A stretch of 64,000 nucleotides of DNA, from the NCBI GenBank assembly GCA_029838195.1, contig JALGVJ010000002.1:133893-197892 (forward strand), in the 5' to 3' direction. The notes below the pieces were generated by a model. The model was given only the letters and a program-made list of their open reading frames with translations. It did not search any database and was not told the DNA's origin. Positions 49,172 through 59,660 of this stretch are shown here, piece by piece. The translations under genes were made by a program, and so were the position numbers. Each line of letters begins with the position of its first letter. The first letter of the stretch is position 1. This DNA is from Promethearchaeota archaeon. GTDB lineage: Archaea > Asgardarchaeota > Lokiarchaeia > Sigyniarchaeales > SOKP01.

Positions 49172-51184
49172 TTAAATGCTATTTCCCACCTTATATCCAA
49201 TATCTACGGCTTCCATTACGGTTTGAGGATTCCTAGCATCCCCCACGCTTTTAATTGGATATTTTCCTAAAGATCTTATTTGATTCGCCAATTCTTCATT
49301 AGGTTTAACTCCCGTGGCATAATACACGTAATCGACATCATTTATTTGTTGTTCTGTTCCTTGGGCATCAATGTAATTAACAAAATTATCCCCAATTTCC
49401 GTAACTTTAACATTAGTGAGCATTTTTACGCCCAATGCATCGCATTTATCTAATAACACCCACTTTGTAGTCCTTCCTAAGGCGGATCCTAATTTTGGCA
49501 ATTGCTCGAGAACCGTGACTTTATTTCGTCCTCCATGCATCATTTTTAAAGCCACATCAATTTCTAATGCCTTATAAAATGTAAGAAAACTGAATGCTTG
49601 CTCTGATAGTGAGCCATACTTAGCTAAATAAATTGCTAACTCAATGCCAGTAGCTCCACCACCAATGATTACCGAATTTTTCCCTACAGGGGCATCTCCA
49701 TTTAGTACATCATTAGCCCAAAACACGTGAGGCTTGTCAATTCCCTTAATGGGTGGTTTAATAGGATTTGCTCCAGCAGCATATACTATAAAATCGGGAT
49801 TAAATTGCTTGACTAGCTCAACTGTTACTTCAGTTTCTAAATGAAGATGAATTCCTAACTTGTGAATCCAATAATTGTAATTGTCAATCATTTTTTGAAA
49901 TTCATGTCGCCCCTGCGGTTTTAGAATAATATTTAATAATCCGCCAATTTTATCATCTTTTTCAAAAATATGGACTTCATGCCCTCTTGTGGCAGTGATT
50001 CTTGCCGCTTCTAAGCCACCAGGACCCGAACCGATTACCATTACTTTCTTTTTCTCTTTAATCGGTTTTAATTCTGTTCTAGCTTCTTTTCCCGCACGGG
50101 CATTTCTTAAACATGTTATGGGCATCATACGGAAGACATTATCAAAGCAACCTTGATTACAAGCTACACAATTCATGATGGCTTGTAATTCTCCATTTTT
50201 CGCTTTCGTGGGCAAATAAGGGTCTGCAATTAAAGGTCTACCCATGCAAATGGCATCTGCTTTTCCCGCTTGTAGCACTTCTTCTGCTAATTCCGGTGTA
50301 TTAATTCTATTGGAAGAAAAGATGGGAATTGACACGTTTTTCTTTATATTCTCTGCTAAATAGGTATAACAACCGGGAGGAACGTCCATGGTTAACTGAG
50401 GGGTTTTTGTTTCATGCCAACCCCCAGTAACATTGAAATAATCCAAATATTCTCCTAAATACTTAGCAATAATCGCTTTCTCTTTATAAGTATTGCTATT
50501 TGGCACGAAATCATCTCCAGAAATTCTATATCCGATAATGAACTCATCTACCTTCGCTCTCATTAATTCTATGGTTTCAATGGGGAATCTCAACCGATTT
50601 TCCAAATCTCCTCCATATTTATCAGTGCGTTTATTAGTTTTCGGAGATAAAAATTGGTCCATTAAATAGCCAGCATTCGCACATATTTCCACGGCATTGA
50701 ATCCCGCCTTTTTAGCCCTAAGAGCAGCATCAGCGAATGCTTGTTGTTCTCGTTTTATGTCTTCTAGCGTCATTTCTCTGGGTGTTGTTTTACTAAATTT
50801 ACTATATACAGCAGAAGGAGCAATAGGCGTTTTCCCAATTATTTGTGGGAAAGCATAGGCACCACCATGATATAATTGACAGCAAATTTTAACATCTTCC
50901 CTTGCTTTTCTAACTTCTTGCGTGAATTCCGTTAATTTGGGAATATATTTATCGTCATCTACTGCAATCATGCTCGGTAAGCCTTTTCCATAGATATCAA
51001 CATAACACCCCCCAATAATGATTAATCCCGCTCCTCCTTTTGCCCTCTCCACGTAAAAATCAATTAGTTTTTTCGTAATGAATCCGTTATTGGCAAGATT
51101 TAAATGCATTGCTGGCATAACAATGCGATTAGAAATCTCCATGCTCTTAATTTTTAGAGGATTAAATAATTTAAAGAATTTCAT
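49172..51184 (-). CDS. fadH: NADH:flavin oxidoreductase, 2,4-dienoyl-CoA reductase-like
   Basis: OYE barrel ([29 protein letters not shown]), Fe-S motif [15 protein letters not shown] and GGGATG dinucleotide folds. Confidence 0.85.
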   Translation of the reverse strand: MKFFKLFNPLKIKSMEISNRIVMPAMHLNLANNGFITKKLIDFYVERAKGGAGLIIIGGCYVDIYGKGLPSMIAVDDDKYIPKLTEFTQEVRKAREDVKICCQLYHGGAYAFPQIIGKTPIAPSAVYSKFSKTTPREMTLEDIKREQQAFADAALRAKKAGFNAVEICANAGYLMDQFLSPKTNKRTDKYGGDLENRLRFPIETIELMRAKVDEFIIGYRISGDDFVPNSNTYKEKAIIAKYLGEYLDYFNVTGGWHETKTPQLTMDVPPGCYTYLAENIKKNVSIPIFSSNRINTPELAEEVLQAGKADAICMGRPLIADPYLPTKAKNGELQAIMNCVACNQGCFDNVFRMMPITCLRNARAGKEARTELKPIKEKKKVMVIGSGPGGLEAARITATRGHEVHIFEKDDKIGGLLNIILKPQGRHEFQKMIDNYNYWIHKLGIHLHLETEVTVELVKQFNPDFIVYAAGANPIKPPIKGIDKPHVFWANDVLNGDAPVGKNSVIIGGGATGIELAIYLAKYGSLSEQAFSFLTFYKALEIDVALKMMHGGRNKVTVLEQLPKLGSALGRTTKWVLLDKCDALGVKMLTNVKVTEIGDNFVNYIDAQGTEQQINDVDYVYYATGVKPNEELANQIRSLGKYPIKSVGDARNPQTVMEAVDIGYKVGNSI

Positions 51185-51313
51185 TTTCTTTTTCTCATCT
51201 TTAACAATTTGAATTAAATTAAATTAATTAGTTGGCTATTTTATTAAAATTTTGTTTGAGAAATAACACTACAAGTTCGTTATCTCACAGCAAAAAGAAG
51301 CAATAAAAAACCT

Positions 51314-52114
51314 TTATCTAAAATAGGAATCTTCTGGTCCTTCTTTTTTCTCTCCTCCTCTTCTCCTCATGAATTGTTCTGCTTGCTTTTTAAAACTATC
51401 TATGATTCCTTGCATTTCTTCAATTTTTTTATCTAACTCGTCATAATTCATGTTTAAATTAAAGTATCTATCTAGTAAAGTTACTAAAGCCTTTGAAGCT
51501 CTAGGATCTAAGCTCATCATGGGAAGAGGAAGCGTTTCAGCTAATAAACAAACACCAGGAGCGAAATTATTTGCTCCGGCATAGGCGGGAAGAATGCCGT
51601 TTGCTCCAGAAATCTGACCTTTTTCTAAAATAGTGGTGTTTTCATGTTCAGTAAAAGGCAATAATATTTCTTTATTTGTCCCACACGCATGAATCATCGG
51701 TGGATCCTTTACGTTCTCTGAAACTAAAGCTCCCATGCTTAAATACATTTGAATTTTACCTTTAGTTAATTCATCCATTTTTTCGCAAAAAGTCTTACAA
51801 AAATGAAATACTCCTTCGGATGATTGTGGTTGATAATCTGAAGTTAAGAAAAAAAGATCTTGAGTAGCTTGAGATACGTAATATACTTTAGCGGTAGGGA
51901 TTTCTAACGTTCCTTTATTTACATTAGATGTTGCGGGAAAATCAAAACAATTTATGGTGAGAAATAATTTTGCTTTAAGAAAATCCTTTATAGACGTTAA
52001 TGCTAATTTTGCTACTAATGCAATTCCGGGAAATCCAATTAAAATGATGGGATTATTCAAATCTTCAGCATTAATTTCCATTTCCTCGCGGATTTCAACA
52101 TGCATGATGATCAC
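51314..52114 (-). CDS. PAC2-family proteasome assembly chaperone
   Basis: LIGFPGIALVAKLA, QP, ISGANGIL, CLLAET, DPRASKAL. Confidence 0.88.
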   Translation of the reverse strand: MIIMHVEIREEMEINAEDLNNPIILIGFPGIALVAKLALTSIKDFLKAKLFLTINCFDFPATSNVNKGTLEIPTAKVYYVSQATQDLFFLTSDYQPQSSEGVFHFCKTFCEKMDELTKGKIQMYLSMGALVSENVKDPPMIHACGTNKEILLPFTEHENTTILEKGQISGANGILPAYAGANNFAPGVCLLAETLPLPMMSLDPRASKALVTLLDRYFNLNMNYDELDKKIEEMQGIIDSFKKQAEQFMRRRGGEKKEGPEDSYFR

Positions 52115-52514
52115 TTTATACTTTTTTTAATTTACATGTATTGAATGCGAAAAATCATTGAATAATAAGAGTATGGTAAGATCCCTTTAATTTGTTTTGA
52201 ATTATACTATATTAGATAAATTTAAATGCTTTAATCTCGAATTCAATAACCAGTTATTTTGATAACAACTAGCATTCATCATTCGTTGGAATAAATTTAA
52301 AAACAATAAACTTTTCCATTGTAATAAAAATTTTTCCGATGAATCGTAAGAATTTACAAAAACCATGGTTTCCTTCTTTCATTCGATTGATAGAATTTAA
52401 TTCTTTAAATTTATTTATATCTCTTATAACTTAATTTAGAAATATTAATAATAATATCCCTTAAATGAATTAGAAATAAATGCAGAGAACCTATAATTAA
52501 AAATTAAATCAATC

Positions 52515-54410
52515 ATGATAAAAAAAGCACCAATAAGCAGACAACTCCCCGGTATAATCTCTTACATGCAAGCTTTTTCATCCAAAAAATTAGCTTATTT
52601 AATCTTTTTTGGATCGCCTTTATTCATATCTCTAATATCTACAACCTTAAATTATGCACTTATTCAAGAGTTTCACATTGATTTTTTTTTCGAAATATTC
52701 ATGATGACTTTTTTACCGTCTTTTACGGGAGTCTTGCTTACGAGCGTTTTTTTTATTAAAAAGGCGCCTATTTTAAGGTTTCCTCCTAAAGGCTGGACAA
52801 TTCAATTAAATACTTTTATAATATCTATTCTTGGAGGCTCTTATTTAGTTGGACAATTTATTTCAATTTATTTTAACAATGCCGCATTTCAAGAAGTCTT
52901 TTTAATTTTAGGAACCATTTTAGCTTATATATTAGCGTTCGTGATATATTTTTCCTTTACTACTGTAGAAAAAAATGGGTATTTATTTCTTTCTCTTGCT
53001 CAACCTGTAACATTTATTATTTTGTATGGTGTTTTCACGGAACAAGTTTCCATAAGTTTCTTCATCAAAGCCATTATTTTTTTTAGCAGCTGTGCTTTTA
53101 TTTTTTATATTTTCTACGCTCGCAAGCTTTTTTACGTGAGCAACATTCATAAAGAAGCTACGGGCATAGTAGGATATCGCTTCATACGAGCCTTTATTTT
53201 ATCCATGATGACTGATGGAAATGATCATCTCATTGAAGATATATTTGACAGAGTGGGAGTATTTTCTAATATTAAAATCCAATGTTTATTTATGAGAAGC
53301 ATGAACTCGAAGAAAATCAAGGGGATCTTTTTTCTTCCTAACATTCATTTTGGACCTTTTAAGACATGCGGTTCATCAGATTTGCCTGAAGCAATTTATC
53401 GAGCGTTCAAAGAAATTCCAGGAGCCACAGTTTATCACACGACTAATGATCATTCTTTAAATCTTACTACACAGAAAGAAGTCGATAGAATTGTAGAGGC
53501 AATTAAACTTATTGTTGAAAAAGCGAGTAAAGATCCTAACGAAAAATGGATACACGAAGTTCAAGATGTCTCGCGAAAAATGTCGAATACTGCAAAATTA
53601 ATCGGAACCAAGATAGATGACGTTCCTATTATCTTTCTTACGAGACATCCTCTTCCATCAGATGATATTGAAGCCGATGTAGGAGAAATCATCAGAGAAA
53701 AAGCAAGAGCAAGAGGTTTTAGAGATGTAATGATCATTGATGCTCATAATTCGATTATTGGGGATGAAATATTAATCGAAAAAGATAGTCTAGAAGCAAA
53801 AGATCTCATTAACGTAGCAGAGAATTTCTTTAAAAGTGGGGAAATCAACAAATCCCCTAAAAATCAGTTATTATATGGGGTTGCAAAAGATCCGGTTAAA
53901 GAATTTAGTGAAAGAGATGGTATTGGCATCGGAGGAATTGTAGTTCACTTATTTCAAAATTCAATTACAAAACAAAAAACCGCTTTCATTCATTTCGATG
54001 CCAATAATGCTTTCGTAGACATACGTTCCTATGTATTGAACATGTTGCAAAATAGAGGGATCGAGAGAGGAGAAATAACAACTTCAGACTCACACACGGT
54101 TGCTCGACAATTCTCGAGTAGAGGATATTCTCCTTTAGGAGATAAAATCTCTCTCGATTTTATTTTAGAACGTCTAGCCGTGTTATTGAATGAAGCAGAA
54201 AAAGATCTCGAACCCGTCGAATTTCTTTACAAAGAGGAAATCATCGAAAACGTGAGAATTTGGGGAAATAAAAAATATTTTGATGTTATAATGGATACCT
54301 TACAAGAATGCATCCGCGTTTCCCAAAGATTGCTTTCGTTTAGTTTAATCATACCTACTTTCTTTTCTTTAATTTTGCTCTTGTTTTATTACAATATTCA
54401 ACTCATCTGA
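52515..54410 (+). CDS. DUF2070-family membrane protein
   Basis: N-terminal TM block; PNIHFGPF..CGSSDLP, H...H, IIDAHNS, DANN, TSDSH. Confidence 0.85.
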   Translation: MIKKAPISRQLPGIISYMQAFSSKKLAYLIFFGSPLFISLISTTLNYALIQEFHIDFFFEIFMMTFLPSFTGVLLTSVFFIKKAPILRFPPKGWTIQLNTFIISILGGSYLVGQFISIYFNNAAFQEVFLILGTILAYILAFVIYFSFTTVEKNGYLFLSLAQPVTFIILYGVFTEQVSISFFIKAIIFFSSCAFIFYIFYARKLFYVSNIHKEATGIVGYRFIRAFILSMMTDGNDHLIEDIFDRVGVFSNIKIQCLFMRSMNSKKIKGIFFLPNIHFGPFKTCGSSDLPEAIYRAFKEIPGATVYHTTNDHSLNLTTQKEVDRIVEAIKLIVEKASKDPNEKWIHEVQDVSRKMSNTAKLIGTKIDDVPIIFLTRHPLPSDDIEADVGEIIREKARARGFRDVMIIDAHNSIIGDEILIEKDSLEAKDLINVAENFFKSGEINKSPKNQLLYGVAKDPVKEFSERDGIGIGGIVVHLFQNSITKQKTAFIHFDANNAFVDIRSYVLNMLQNRGIERGEITTSDSHTVARQFSSRGYSPLGDKISLDFILERLAVLLNEAEKDLEPVEFLYKEEIIENVRIWGNKKYFDVIMDTLQECIRVSQRLLSFSLIIPTFFSLILLLFYYNIQLI

Positions 54411-54544
54411 AATTTGAAGAGATTTAGTATCTATTTTCTTACCAAGAAATCGATTAAGTCATATCACCCTTGTATTATTGTAATTAAAATTTTGATTTTT
54501 CCTTACCTTAAATAAGAATGATTATTAGAAATTAGGGAAAATTA

Positions 54545-55090
54545 ATGCTCAATCCGGAATCAATCAATATTTCCTCAATTAAGTTATCAATTTGGGGGCA
54601 TCCAGCAGTAGGAAAAACGACAATATTAAGATTATTAACTAAAGACTCTATTAATAAAAAATATTTACCCACGCAAGGTATGGATGTAAAGGTCATAAAA
54701 TATAAAAATCTTCATTTAAAGATCTGGGATTTTGGCGGTCAATCCGCTTATTTAAACAACGAATATATTTCAAATAATTTAATAGGCTCAGATTTGATTT
54801 TGATCGTGACCGATTCTACACCTCGAAATGTTTTGAAATCCCGTTCATTAATAGATAAAGCAAATGAAATCGTAGAGGAGGATTCCAAAATCATCGCAAT
54901 CGCAAATAAGCAAGATTTGCAGGAATTGGATGGCAGGATGACCCCTGACAGGGTGGAAAACGTCCTTCAGGTAAAAACGTATGGGCTAACTGCTATAAAT
55001 CCTGTTGAGCGGGCGAAATTAATTGATATATTAAATCAACATCTTAAAAATGTTCTAATACGAAGGAGGTTGAAAGATCTTGAACTTTAA
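54545..55090 (+). CDS. Arf/Rab-like small GTPase
   Basis: GHPAVGKTT, PT, IWDFGGQ, NKQD, TA. Confidence 0.92.
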   Translation: MLNPESINISSIKLSIWGHPAVGKTTILRLLTKDSINKKYLPTQGMDVKVIKYKNLHLKIWDFGGQSAYLNNEYISNNLIGSDLILIVTDSTPRNVLKSRSLIDKANEIVEEDSKIIAIANKQDLQELDGRMTPDRVENVLQVKTYGLTAINPVERAKLIDILNQHLKNVLIRRRLKDLEL

Positions 55091-55637
55091 TCAAAAAGAA
55101 ATATTTGGAGCAGCTCTTATAGGTTTTGACATGATTGACGGTCCATTTTTAAAATGGAAGGAGTTTCAAGATAAAGAATTTTCAGTGAATATAGATGAAT
55201 TTAGCATGAACTTATATTTAGCATTTAGGGGTGGTAACGCCGGAAAAAAACCAAGAGCAATTGTGTATGACGACTTTTATATCGTTGCTTTTCCTAAAGA
55301 TTTAGAACTCTGCTGTTTATTTATGAAACCAAAAGGGATCGATGAAAATCTTAAAGAATTGAGTAAAATCGCAAATCGATTAATTCTTGAAAAAAGTAAA
55401 TGCGAGGAAGAGGCTGATGAGCAAGATTTAGAAAATTCCGATGAAGACATAATAGAAGAAACCAAACGATTAATTATTAATCTATTAAGCGATACGGAGA
55501 TGTCAACACCAGAATTAAGAAAATATTTCAAGTTATCAAATTCAGAAATCTGGAAAATCATGACGGAATTGGAAAAATCTTCCAAGATTAAAAGAACGAG
55601 AAAAGTCGGTCGAAGTCAACTATGGACCGCTACATGA
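55080..55637 (+). CDS. uDENN/longin-like domain - acidic linker - winged-helix protein
   Basis: ALIGFDMIDGPFLKW; EEEADEQDLENSDED; C-terminal MSTPELRKYF.LSNSEIWKIM.ELEK..KI.R..VGRSQLW; overlaps the GTPase stop. Confidence 0.7.
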   Translation: MNFNQKEIFGAALIGFDMIDGPFLKWKEFQDKEFSVNIDEFSMNLYLAFRGGNAGKKPRAIVYDDFYIVAFPKDLELCCLFMKPKGIDENLKELSKIANRLILEKSKCEEEADEQDLENSDEDIIEETKRLIINLLSDTEMSTPELRKYFKLSNSEIWKIMTELEKSSKIKRTRKVGRSQLWTAT

Positions 55638-55640
55638 CTA

Positions 55641-56462
55641 CTAAGTCATTCGAGTTCTATAGGTCCAATTTTTCAATTTCGTGAAATAACGTGAAAACAT
55701 CATGTAACAAATATCAGGTAGCTCTTTATCCTCATTATTCACTGTAATATATCTTAGCACGTGATTAATTAGAAAAATCCCGACTAATTCCACGTGATAA
55801 CTTCCAATATTTTCATGGAGTTTTTCTCCAGAATAATTAATATTTAACCCATCTTTTTGATACCACGTTAGTTCAATAAATATTTGAGGAAACACCTCTT
55901 TTTTAATGCGCCAACCTTCGGTGGTTTTCCATATTCTTGCCCCTAGAAATGAAGCTAAAGGGTCTCTGTCGTGTTCTTGAAGATATTTAAATGGTTCTTT
56001 TCTTTGCTCGAGCACTTTACGCATTAATTCGGTTTTAGTATCATACGATTTTTCAAAGGGCTCTTTATCTTTAATTTTTCGCTCTAAAAAATCCATAAGG
56101 ATATCAATAAAAGTAGCACTATCCTCTCCGGGAATCCATGATATTCGTTCTCCTGAAAAATAAAATTTAAATTCAGCTTCCAAGTCATCGCCAAACTCAT
56201 CTCCATAATAGGAATAAGCCATGTGAATGTTTGCCTCTGGAAACATCTCCTTTGTGATCGTCCAATCTTCATTAAAACCAATATTTTCTAACTTTCCTCC
56301 TAATTCATTTCTAACAATTTCTTCTAATCGATGCGTGTCAAGGTTAATAAATAAAGGGACTTTTACTTTACCAATATCTTCTAATTCTTTTTCATGAGGT
56401 CCCCGAACTCCCGTCGCATCGATTTGTCCGATACTCATGAATTTTTTTTTATCTTGATCCAT
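55641..56462 (-). CDS. Hypothetical protein with internal duplication (DUF3786-like)
   Basis: LGG...WTITKEMFPEANIHMAY and LGA...WRIKKEVFPQIFIELTW, each followed by F/YSGE. Confidence 0.65.
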   Translation of the reverse strand: MDQDKKKFMSIGQIDATGVRGPHEKELEDIGKVKVPLFINLDTHRLEEIVRNELGGKLENIGFNEDWTITKEMFPEANIHMAYSYYGDEFGDDLEAEFKFYFSGERISWIPGEDSATFIDILMDFLERKIKDKEPFEKSYDTKTELMRKVLEQRKEPFKYLQEHDRDPLASFLGARIWKTTEGWRIKKEVFPQIFIELTWYQKDGLNINYSGEKLHENIGSYHVELVGIFLINHVLRYITVNNEDKELPDICYMMFSRYFTKLKNWTYRTRMT

Positions 56463-56473
56463 TTAACTAACTC

Positions 56474-57850
56474 CTAAAATCTTCTTGATGTATAATTATA
56501 TTCACCTTTTTTTTTGAATTTTGCGATGAAAAATCCATCGGTTTCATGAATTGAAGGAAATAACCGTCCCATCCCTTCACTTGCCAAATTTTTAATCTTA
56601 TAAGGAGGCGATATCCATTTTGGTAGAGGAAGAGGTTCTAATTTTTCCACTATTCGCTTAATTTGAAGTTCCCCCTCTTCGGGATATAAACTACAAGTAG
56701 AGTATAATAACGTGCCATCCGGTCTAAGTAATGATAATGCATTTTCTAATAACTTTTTTTGAAGAGTTACATTTTGATACAAGAATTTTTTATTTTGCCG
56801 CCATTTCAATTCCGGGTCATGTTTAAGAGCTCCACTTCCCGTGCAGGGAGCGTCTAAAAGTATTTTGTCAAATAAAATTGTATTTCTGATAGGAGACTGA
56901 GTAGAATCCGTATTTATAATTTGAATATTTTCTGATTGTAATTTTTTTAATAAATTTTTTGTTATAAAAGCACGCTTTGGATGAAATTCCGCTCCTAAAA
57001 TTGGATACGTACTCTTAACTTGATGATGGATCTGATTAATTTTAATACCGGGAGCCGTACACATGTCCAAGATTTTCTCACGTGGTTGAGGTTCAAATAA
57101 AAAAACGATTACCGCAGATGCTTTATTCTGAATGATGAGAAGTCCCCTTTTATACAGGGAATGTTTAATTAGCCGCTTTTTCTGTTTAATAGGAATATGA
57201 AATAAAAAAGGTACATTTTCATCATCAAGGAAACTGATGCGTGCTTTTTTTAAATCATCTTTAATTTTTCGTACTAATTCTTTTTCTCTGTTTTGGCATG
57301 GTAAGAAATTGATTCGAACTGTAAAAAAATCATTTTCTTCACGTGTATTCATCTTTCGGATGTTCTCTTCCAAAAAATCTCTATCCATGATTTTTAAAAG
57401 TCTTGTAATCAAGAAATTAGGAATTGCTTCTTTTATGCTTAACTTTTCAATTTTAGATTTTCCTTTCAATGCGATCTTCATAGAAAAAGTTGGCAATTTG
57501 TGGAGAAAAGCATTTAAGTTTCTTATAGTGGGGTGATTTTTTAAATGGGGTAAATTTAATAGGAGTTCTCTTTTAATTTCTGAAAGGGATGCTTTTTCAA
57601 AATAAAATCTATATGTAATATAAAATAATATTGAGCTTTCCTCACGGTCTTTCCCCCCTAACTCGTTAAGGGTTCGAAGAGTTTTTTTTATTATAAAATT
57701 AAGAGTACTCCAATACCGAATAATTTCGGATATATAATGTAAGATAAAGGGATTTCTTCTAAGATTTTCATTTAAATTTAAGACCCCTTTCTTTTTCTTT
57801 AAAAATTCAGCAATTAAATCTATAATTATTACAAATGAATTCTGCGTCAT
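56474..57850 (-). CDS. RsmB/NOP2/NSUN RNA m5C methyltransferase
   Basis: LDMCTAPG.K, LLDAPCTGSG, YSTCSL.PEE.E, DGFFIA. Confidence 0.92.
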   Translation of the reverse strand: MTQNSFVIIIDLIAEFLKKKKGVLNLNENLRRNPFILHYISEIIRYWSTLNFIIKKTLRTLNELGGKDREESSILFYITYRFYFEKASLSEIKRELLLNLPHLKNHPTIRNLNAFLHKLPTFSMKIALKGKSKIEKLSIKEAIPNFLITRLLKIMDRDFLEENIRKMNTREENDFFTVRINFLPCQNREKELVRKIKDDLKKARISFLDDENVPFLFHIPIKQKKRLIKHSLYKRGLLIIQNKASAVIVFLFEPQPREKILDMCTAPGIKINQIHHQVKSTYPILGAEFHPKRAFITKNLLKKLQSENIQIINTDSTQSPIRNTILFDKILLDAPCTGSGALKHDPELKWRQNKKFLYQNVTLQKKLLENALSLLRPDGTLLYSTCSLYPEEGELQIKRIVEKLEPLPLPKWISPPYKIKNLASEGMGRLFPSIHETDGFFIAKFKKKGEYNYTSRRF

Positions 57851-58184
57851 CGTAATTTTTTATTTTCAATTCTTTTCCTTGCTCCTTAAATTAACATTTC
57901 TCCAAAAGATGCTAGTGCAGGCTTGCTTTAAAAGCTGATTATCATGCTTATTGCGTGTTCAATTTATTCACGAGGATCTAATTTTATTTTAATTAGTTAT
58001 TTGAACAAGTTCAAGCCTTCATTATTTTACTTTTTCTACCAAATTAAATTTCACCAGCAATATGAACTTATTTGAAATTTAATGAAAACTCTTAATGAAA
58101 AATGGACTCCTAATGATACATATACAATCACGTGAATTCAATTTATAAAATAATGTATCAAAACTTTAAAAAAAGAGTAAAAAA

Positions 58185-59564
58185 ATGACTCAACAAAATA
58201 TTCAAAAACAAAATAAAATTGAAAAGGAAAACGTCGGAGGATTGGCGTGGTTATTATCTAACAAATACTTATTTGTCATACATGCGTTCATATATTTTGC
58301 TGTAAATGGTTTGTTAATTTTGATTTGGGTTTTAACAACCGATTTTCTATCGGTACCGTGGCCATTTTACAGCATCTTAGGTTGGGGAATTGGCTTTGGT
58401 TTTCATGCTGTCACATATCTAATGTATAACAATAAAGTTAAATCTCTTAGTATCGCGAGAAGAAAAGGAAAATTTGCTATTCTTTATATTTATCACGCTT
58501 GGTTCTATGTGAGCGTGAATATTTTAATTATTTTTGCCAATATAACGATAATTGAATATCTTCTCTTTCTCTGGCCCCTGTCGATGTGGGGTATTGGATT
58601 TGCAGTTCATACCATTGGATTTTTTACTTGGGATCAACGATTAATTCAAGAAAAAAAATTTTTCCACCCTTATTTCCCCAAAATTTTGGAGAAAAATTTA
58701 GAATACATTGCTGGCTTAAAAATCATTCAATTCTGGTTATTAGTTGCTAATGCCGGTTATTTCATTGTATCCGTGATTTTAGCGTATACTGCCCCATTAT
58801 TTGGTGTATATTACATGATTTCAATTCAAAACGGAGTTATAATTGATCCAATTTATAATATTCTTCCCTGGGCAATTTTTCTTGGAATTCACGGATGCTC
58901 TTATTATCTTTTTAATTATAAATTGACCATTCCTCTATTGAATTCAAGTTTAATACTCAATCTACTGGCTTACATTGCTTACAACGTATATTTCCTTATC
59001 CTCCAAGTTTTAAATCCTCTTGAGTTCTTTTCAACGCAAATTTGGATTCATTATCCATTAATCCTCTGGGGAATCATAATTGTGATTCATTATATTCTAA
59101 TTCGCAGGAAAGACATCGAACTTAAAAAGGCAATAGAGAAGATGAGAAATGTCATAAAAGAACAATTAGATGAATTTCAACTGAAAAAGAAAGGCATGAT
59201 CTTACTTTTCTTTCAATGGACTTTCATTGCCCATCTTTGCGTCTATTTAGGAGGGATTATTCTAATAAGTATGGATTTAGCAAGGCTAGGTATAATAAAT
59301 GTTATCATTCACGTAATCATGGGATGGCTCATTGCTTTGGTGATTCATGGCGGATTTTTCATCATTTATAGGAATCAGATCTTGTCCTTCCTCTCTGCTA
59401 CGGCAATACTTCATTCGTCCATTTATATAACGGTGAGTACTTATATGGTCTTAATAAACATCATTTATTCCCCTGGTGTCCCTTGGAGTGCTATAGCTAT
59501 CGCTGGCTGGGGAATCGGATTTGGATTACACGTGCTCTTAGCTTATATGGTTAGCCATCGATAG
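58185..59564 (+). CDS. Membrane protein built from six 2TM-domain repeats
   Basis: Unit H/N...Y..VN.....I....W......WGI...H repeated six times. Confidence 0.8.
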   Translation: MTQQNIQKQNKIEKENVGGLAWLLSNKYLFVIHAFIYFAVNGLLILIWVLTTDFLSVPWPFYSILGWGIGFGFHAVTYLMYNNKVKSLSIARRKGKFAILYIYHAWFYVSVNILIIFANITIIEYLLFLWPLSMWGIGFAVHTIGFFTWDQRLIQEKKFFHPYFPKILEKNLEYIAGLKIIQFWLLVANAGYFIVSVILAYTAPLFGVYYMISIQNGVIIDPIYNILPWAIFLGIHGCSYYLFNYKLTIPLLNSSLILNLLAYIAYNVYFLILQVLNPLEFFSTQIWIHYPLILWGIIIVIHYILIRRKDIELKKAIEKMRNVIKEQLDEFQLKKKGMILLFFQWTFIAHLCVYLGGIILISMDLARLGIINVIIHVIMGWLIALVIHGGFFIIYRNQILSFLSATAILHSSIYITVSTYMVLINIIYSPGVPWSAIAIAGWGIGFGLHVLLAYMVSHR

Positions 59565-59660
59565 AAAGAAAAAAATACTAACTTTTAATTAATTTCTCTT
59601 TTTTTTTTTGAAATTTCTTATTTTTTTTAAAAAATAGAATGAAAATAAAATAAAATCAAT

